Part shown: in pieces, positions 60,486-64,000 of the stretch
Position numbering within the stretch: position 1 is the stretch's first letter
Layout: each line of letters begins with the position of its first letter
Assembly: GCA_963981035.1 (NCBI GenBank)
Contig: CAXCCF010000003.1
Coordinates: 5,004-69,003, forward strand
Reading direction: 5' to 3'
Length of the DNA: 64,000 nt
From: an uncultured euryarchaeote
GTDB taxonomy: Archaea; Thermoplasmatota; Poseidoniia; Poseidoniales; Poseidoniaceae
The notes under the pieces: generated by a model
Databases searched by the model: none
Told to the model about the DNA's origin: nothing
The model's input: the letters and a program-made list of their open reading frames with translations, nothing else
Program-made: the position numbers and the translations under genes

Positions 60486-62624
60486 ATGGCTAAGTCTTCA
60501 ACTGTCGTTTCAATCGCAATAATCATGCTACTGCTAGCATTAGCACCTTCTATTGAAGGAAAACCTACTGGAAAGCATAATACTAGTTCTGGCTGCACAT
60601 GCCACTACAGTACATCCACTGTTACCCCAGGTCACAATTTCCCGTCATCATACACGCCAGGAACTACTTACAATATTCAAATTACCATACAAGGAGGTGT
60701 TCCTGGTTCCGAAGGTGGATTTTCATTAGATGTAGACAAAGGTGCCTATTCCAACAACGGTCCAGATGTGTCATTTCAAATAACAAGTGCAACTCATACA
60801 AATCCAAGCCAAAGAAGTTGGATGTTTGATTGGACCGCTCCAGCTGCAGGAAGTGGAACTGTCTCTGTGGAATTGGCAACTTTGACAGCAGATGGTCAAT
60901 TTGATACTAACAATGATGCTTGGGGAACTACAACTCATTCCATTACTGAAATGGTGACAAATCAAGCACCTAGTGCATCAAATGTCCAAGTGTTCTCTTC
61001 TTCAACATCCAGTAAAACAAATGTTGTTGAAGATACCGATATCGGAATTAGTTACACCTATTCAGACCCAGATAGTGATCTTGAACAAACTTCTAGTACT
61101 GAAATTAGATGGTACAAAAACAGTGTTATCCAACAAATGTATAATGATAACAACCCGCTACCAGCATCTGCGATTAGTGCTGGAGACTCATGGCATGCTA
61201 CAGTGGCCCCTCATGATGGAACAACACTTGGCAACGCTGCACAATCCAACTCTATTACTGTCGATGCGGTAGTAATTCCAAACAATCCACCAACAGTAAC
61301 TGACTATGAAATTACAGCAGCAACTGCTGGTTCAAATGTACCAGTAAACGAAGATTTGTGGCTGGGTTATCTATACGATGATAGTGATGGTGATTCTGAA
61401 TCTGGAACTACTATTAGATGGTTCAAGGATAACGGACCGCAAGCGGCTTGGAATGATGTAACAACTGTACCATCCTCGGCAACATCTGTCGGAAATTCCT
61501 GGAAAGCAATAATTACTCCTTCAGATGGAATCGACATGGGTACTACCTATGAAACTACAGTAATTACAATAATTGATATCGACAGTGATGGAGATGGTGT
61601 CTTCAATGAGAATGATGCATTCCCTAATAATGCTGCTGAAACAATGGATTCCGACCTTGATGGAGTAGGTGACAATGCTGATGCATTCCCTAATAATGCT
61701 GCTGAAACAATGGATTCCGACCTTGATGGAGTAGGTGACAATGCTGATGCATTCCCTAATGATGCTACTGAAACATTAGATTCAGATGGTGATGAAGTCG
61801 GTGATAACGCTGACGCATTCCCTAATGATGCTACTGAAACAATGGATTCTGATGGTGATACGGTAGGAGATAATACCGATGTATTCCCTAATGATGCTAA
61901 CGAAACAATGGATTCTGATAATGATACTGTAGGAGATAATGCAGATGCATTCCCTAATGATGCTAACGAAACTATGGATACTGACGAAGATGGTGTAGGC
62001 GACAATGCTGATGCTTTCCCTAATGACCCTTCAGAAACTATGGATACAGATGGTGATGGTGTAGGCGACAATGCTGATGCTTTCCCTAATGATGCTACTG
62101 AAACTGTTGATACTGATTCTGATGGAACTGGAGATAATACTGACGTATTCCCTAATGATGCTACTGAAACTATGGACTCTGACCTTGATGGAGTAGGTGA
62201 TAATGCTGATGCTTTCCCTAATGATGCTTCTGAAACTTTGGATACTGATGGTGATGGTGTTGGAGATAACGCACAAGCTGCAGCAGAAGCAAAGGCTGCT
62301 AAACTTGCTGCAGAACAACGTGAAATGTACATGATGATCGGTATTGCAGCTGTTGTCATCATTCTATCATTGGCTGCGGTAATGATTTTCATGAAGAAGA
62401 AAAATGTTGGTGAACCAGTAATTACCACAAAGGAATATGATACACCTCAACCATTGCCACAAACTCAACCAGTTGTAACCCAACCAGTTGCACCTCAACC
62501 TGTAGCACAAGTAATTGCAGCAAGTGAAGTTCAACGATGGACTGACGAGAGCGGACATACCTGGAGAACCATGAGCGACAATTCAACGCAATGGTGGAAT
62601 GGAAGCGACTGGCAACAAAGATGA
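60486..62624 (+). CDS. Surface protein: signal, GCxCH (reeler-like?) domain, two Ig-like modules, ten 22-aa TSP3-type repeats, a TM, and a W-rich cytoplasmic tail
   Basis: Signal VVSIAIIMLLLALAPSIEG. SSGCTCHYS...SWMFDWTAPAAGSGTVSV is paralogous to the ORF at 13995. AFPNDATETMDSDxDGVGDNAD occurs 10 times. TM is MMIGIAAVVIILSLAAVMIF. Confidence 0.85.
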   Translation: MAKSSTVVSIAIIMLLLALAPSIEGKPTGKHNTSSGCTCHYSTSTVTPGHNFPSSYTPGTTYNIQITIQGGVPGSEGGFSLDVDKGAYSNNGPDVSFQITSATHTNPSQRSWMFDWTAPAAGSGTVSVELATLTADGQFDTNNDAWGTTTHSITEMVTNQAPSASNVQVFSSSTSSKTNVVEDTDIGISYTYSDPDSDLEQTSSTEIRWYKNSVIQQMYNDNNPLPASAISAGDSWHATVAPHDGTTLGNAAQSNSITVDAVVIPNNPPTVTDYEITAATAGSNVPVNEDLWLGYLYDDSDGDSESGTTIRWFKDNGPQAAWNDVTTVPSSATSVGNSWKAIITPSDGIDMGTTYETTVITIIDIDSDGDGVFNENDAFPNNAAETMDSDLDGVGDNADAFPNNAAETMDSDLDGVGDNADAFPNDATETLDSDGDEVGDNADAFPNDATETMDSDGDTVGDNTDVFPNDANETMDSDNDTVGDNADAFPNDANETMDTDEDGVGDNADAFPNDPSETMDTDGDGVGDNADAFPNDATETVDTDSDGTGDNTDVFPNDATETMDSDLDGVGDNADAFPNDASETLDTDGDGVGDNAQAAAEAKAAKLAAEQREMYMMIGIAAVVIILSLAAVMIFMKKKNVGEPVITTKEYDTPQPLPQTQPVVTQPVAPQPVAQVIAASEVQRWTDESGHTWRTMSDNSTQWWNGSDWQQR
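61614..62274 (+). repeat. Ten tandem 66-bp (22-codon) in-frame repeats; the first two copies (61614-61679 and 61680-61745) are identical
   Basis: Direct reading. GATGCATTCCCTAATAATGCTGCTGAAACAATGGATTCCGACCTTGATGGAGTAGGTGACAATGCT occurs twice back to back, followed by eight progressively diverged copies. Confidence 0.9.
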
Positions 62625-62760
62625 ATTATCTATTCAAGATAATGAATTCAAATGACAATTGATGTACTTGCACCTGTGCAAGAAAAACATTCAGCTCAAC
62701 GCCCTTTCAAGTGATTGAACAATTGTAAACGATTAACCGTTTCAAACAATGGTGTGATTA

Positions 62761-62778
62761 TTCGACATCACTGTCGAA
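62761..62778 (-). terminator. Possible csp terminator hairpin
   Basis: TTCGACA-TCAC-TGTCGAA forms a 7-bp stem, beginning 8 nt past the csp stop and preceded on the minus strand by a short T-run. The archaeal termination signal is uncertain. Confidence 0.3.
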
Positions 62779-62785
62779 AAGAATT

Positions 62786-62986
62786 TCACTCTTCTTCGCC
62801 AACTTTGGAAACCTTGACTGCGTTAGGGCCTTTAGGGCCTTCACCGACTTCAAAGTTTACAACGTCTCCTTCAGTGATCTCTCCAGTCACTTCAGAAACG
62901 TGAACGAAGAGGTCGTCTCCGCCCTCTCTTTCAATGAATCCGTATCCTTTCGTAAAATTAAACCACTTGACCGTACCTTGTGCCAT
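62786..62986 (-). CDS. cspA: Cold-shock protein (CspA family, OB fold)
   Basis: [33 protein letters not shown] contains RNP1 (KGYGFI) and RNP2 (LFVHV). Start moved to the Met before GTVKWFN. Confidence 0.9.
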   Translation of the reverse strand: MAQGTVKWFNFTKGYGFIEREGGDDLFVHVSEVTGEITEGDVVNFEVGEGPKGPNAVKVSKVGEEE

Positions 62987-63083
62987 GCCCCACGCTACGA
63001 CAAGGGGTATTTGAAACAACACGATGAAAACGCACCAAAAAGGCGATTATATGTCGTTTTATTACGAGCCAAAATATGTTTTC

Positions 63084-64000
63084 TCACGAACCGCACGAGA
63101 AGCAATCATCCGGAGAATCGAGAGAACAAGCAATCGCTTCCAGACTGCTAATTTCCTCTGCCCTATCGGCTAATCCAGATACTGTTTGATCATCTTTTGC
63201 TTTGGCTTCAACTGTAAATTGAATCGCATCGGCTGCTGCCTTTGTTCTAAGATAATACATTCCTGTCTTCAATCCCTTTTTCCAACCATAGAAGTGCATA
63301 GAAGTTATTTTTGCAGGATTTGCATCGACCATGTGAATATTCAAAGATTGACTTTGGTCTACATATGCGCCTCTATCCGCAGCCATATCCAAAACATATC
63401 GTTGCTTAATTTCCCAAGTAGTCTTGTACATTTCTTTGATATCATCAGGAATTCCAGTAATCATTTGAATACTACCTTTGTGTCTCAAAATTTCATCCTT
63501 CATTTCCAGAGACCACAAATCTCTTGCGATCAAGTCACGAACTAAGTGCTTATTCAGTACAATAAATTCACCAGAAAGAGTTCTCCTAACATACAGGTTT
63601 GAAGTGAATGCTTCAAAACACTCGTTATTTGCCAATATTTGGCTAGTAGATGCTGTTGGCATAGGCGCCAACAGTAGTGAATTACGCATACCATTATCCA
63701 CTATCTCTTGCTTCAGTGTATCCCAATCCCAACGTCCAGAATGTTCATCCATTCCCCACAAATCAAACTGAAGTTTTCCTTCACTTGCTGGAGAGCCTTT
63801 GAATGTTGAATAAGGTCCTTCTTCAATCGCTGCATCCTTGGATGCAGAACAAGCTGCGAAGTAAATGGTTTCAAAAATTTCCTTATTTAATGCCCTTGCC
63901 TCATCACTTTCAAAGCATAATCCAAGCATTGCAAATGTATCTGCTAATCCTTGCACTCCCAAACCAATAGGTCTGTGCCTCATATTGGAATTTTGTGCCT
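63084..64000 (-). CDS. nrdA: Ribonucleoside-diphosphate reductase large subunit, class I (C-terminal part; the gene continues beyond the window end)
   Basis: [60 protein letters not shown] and a C-terminal CFSCGS redox tail. The frame stays open to position 64000. Confidence 0.9.
   Translation of the reverse strand, partial: AQNSNMRHRPIGLGVQGLADTFAMLGLCFESDEARALNKEIFETIYFAACSASKDAAIEEGPYSTFKGSPASEGKLQFDLWGMDEHSGRWDWDTLKQEIVDNGMRNSLLLAPMPTASTSQILANNECFEAFTSNLYVRRTLSGEFIVLNKHLVRDLIARDLWSLEMKDEILRHKGSIQMITGIPDDIKEMYKTTWEIKQRYVLDMAADRGAYVDQSQSLNIHMVDANPAKITSMHFYGWKKGLKTGMYYLRTKAAADAIQFTVEAKAKDDQTVSGLADRAEEISSLEAIACSLDSPDDCFSCGS

Noticed and set aside
61614-62274. Regular 66-bp repeats, considered as a CRISPR array.
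   Set aside because: The units are directly tandem with no unique spacers. They lie in frame inside a long ORF and encode a recognisable 22-aa Ca-binding repeat. No cas genes are present in the window.
61547-62428. A 293-aa minus-strand ORF, plus a 95-aa one at 62031-62318, antisense to the 712-aa surface protein.
   Set aside because: It is the antisense reading of the 66-bp repeats, giving a periodic S/A/L-rich low-complexity product with no start context. The sense frame has a signal peptide, TM and recognisable domains.

Overview
The window reads as an AT-rich archaeal chromosomal segment. The evidence is a split RNA polymerase A'/A'' with RpoH, a Pop5-type RNase P protein, an XPD helicase and archaellin-type N-termini. 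The gene content resembles planktonic marine Euryarchaeota (Marine Group II/Poseidoniales-like), but that placement is inference only. I saw no transposase, integrase, CRISPR array or rRNA.

Layout:
- 1-8.3 kb: rpoH-rpoB-rpoA'-rpoA'' operon on the minus strand, plus tRNA-Lys.
- 8.5-13.9 kb: a methyltransferase-BirA fusion, membrane proteins, Pop5, and a tail-less FtsZ paralogue with a TPR gene.
- 14-21.3 kb: a tightly packed eight-gene respiratory operon with a Rieske protein and a b6-type cytochrome b. Its subunit-IV-like protein is fused, through a large outside domain, to a cytoplasmic HdrD/GlpC-type 2x[4Fe-4S] + 2xCCG module. A 2x[4Fe-4S] ferredoxin follows. I consider this the most novel item.
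- 21.3-29 kb: asnB-gshA-like pair, and the methylmalonyl/propionyl-CoA module (MeaB, MCM B12 subunit, PccB, BCCP).
- 29-53 kb: an accessory cell-surface region. It holds a 1368-aa TSP3-repeat protein, two archaellin-like proteins, gdhA, an RHH gene, XPD, a VOC enzyme, and a 3004-aa transglutaminase-like giant preceded by a 983-aa wall protein.
- 53-64 kb: tRNA-Leu, an SDR, lipA with a four-gene 2-oxoacid dehydrogenase operon, a third TSP3 surface protein with 66-bp tandem repeats, a cold-shock protein, and a partial class I ribonucleotide reductase.

All calls rest on motifs I read in the supplied translations or in my own translation. No database search was run.
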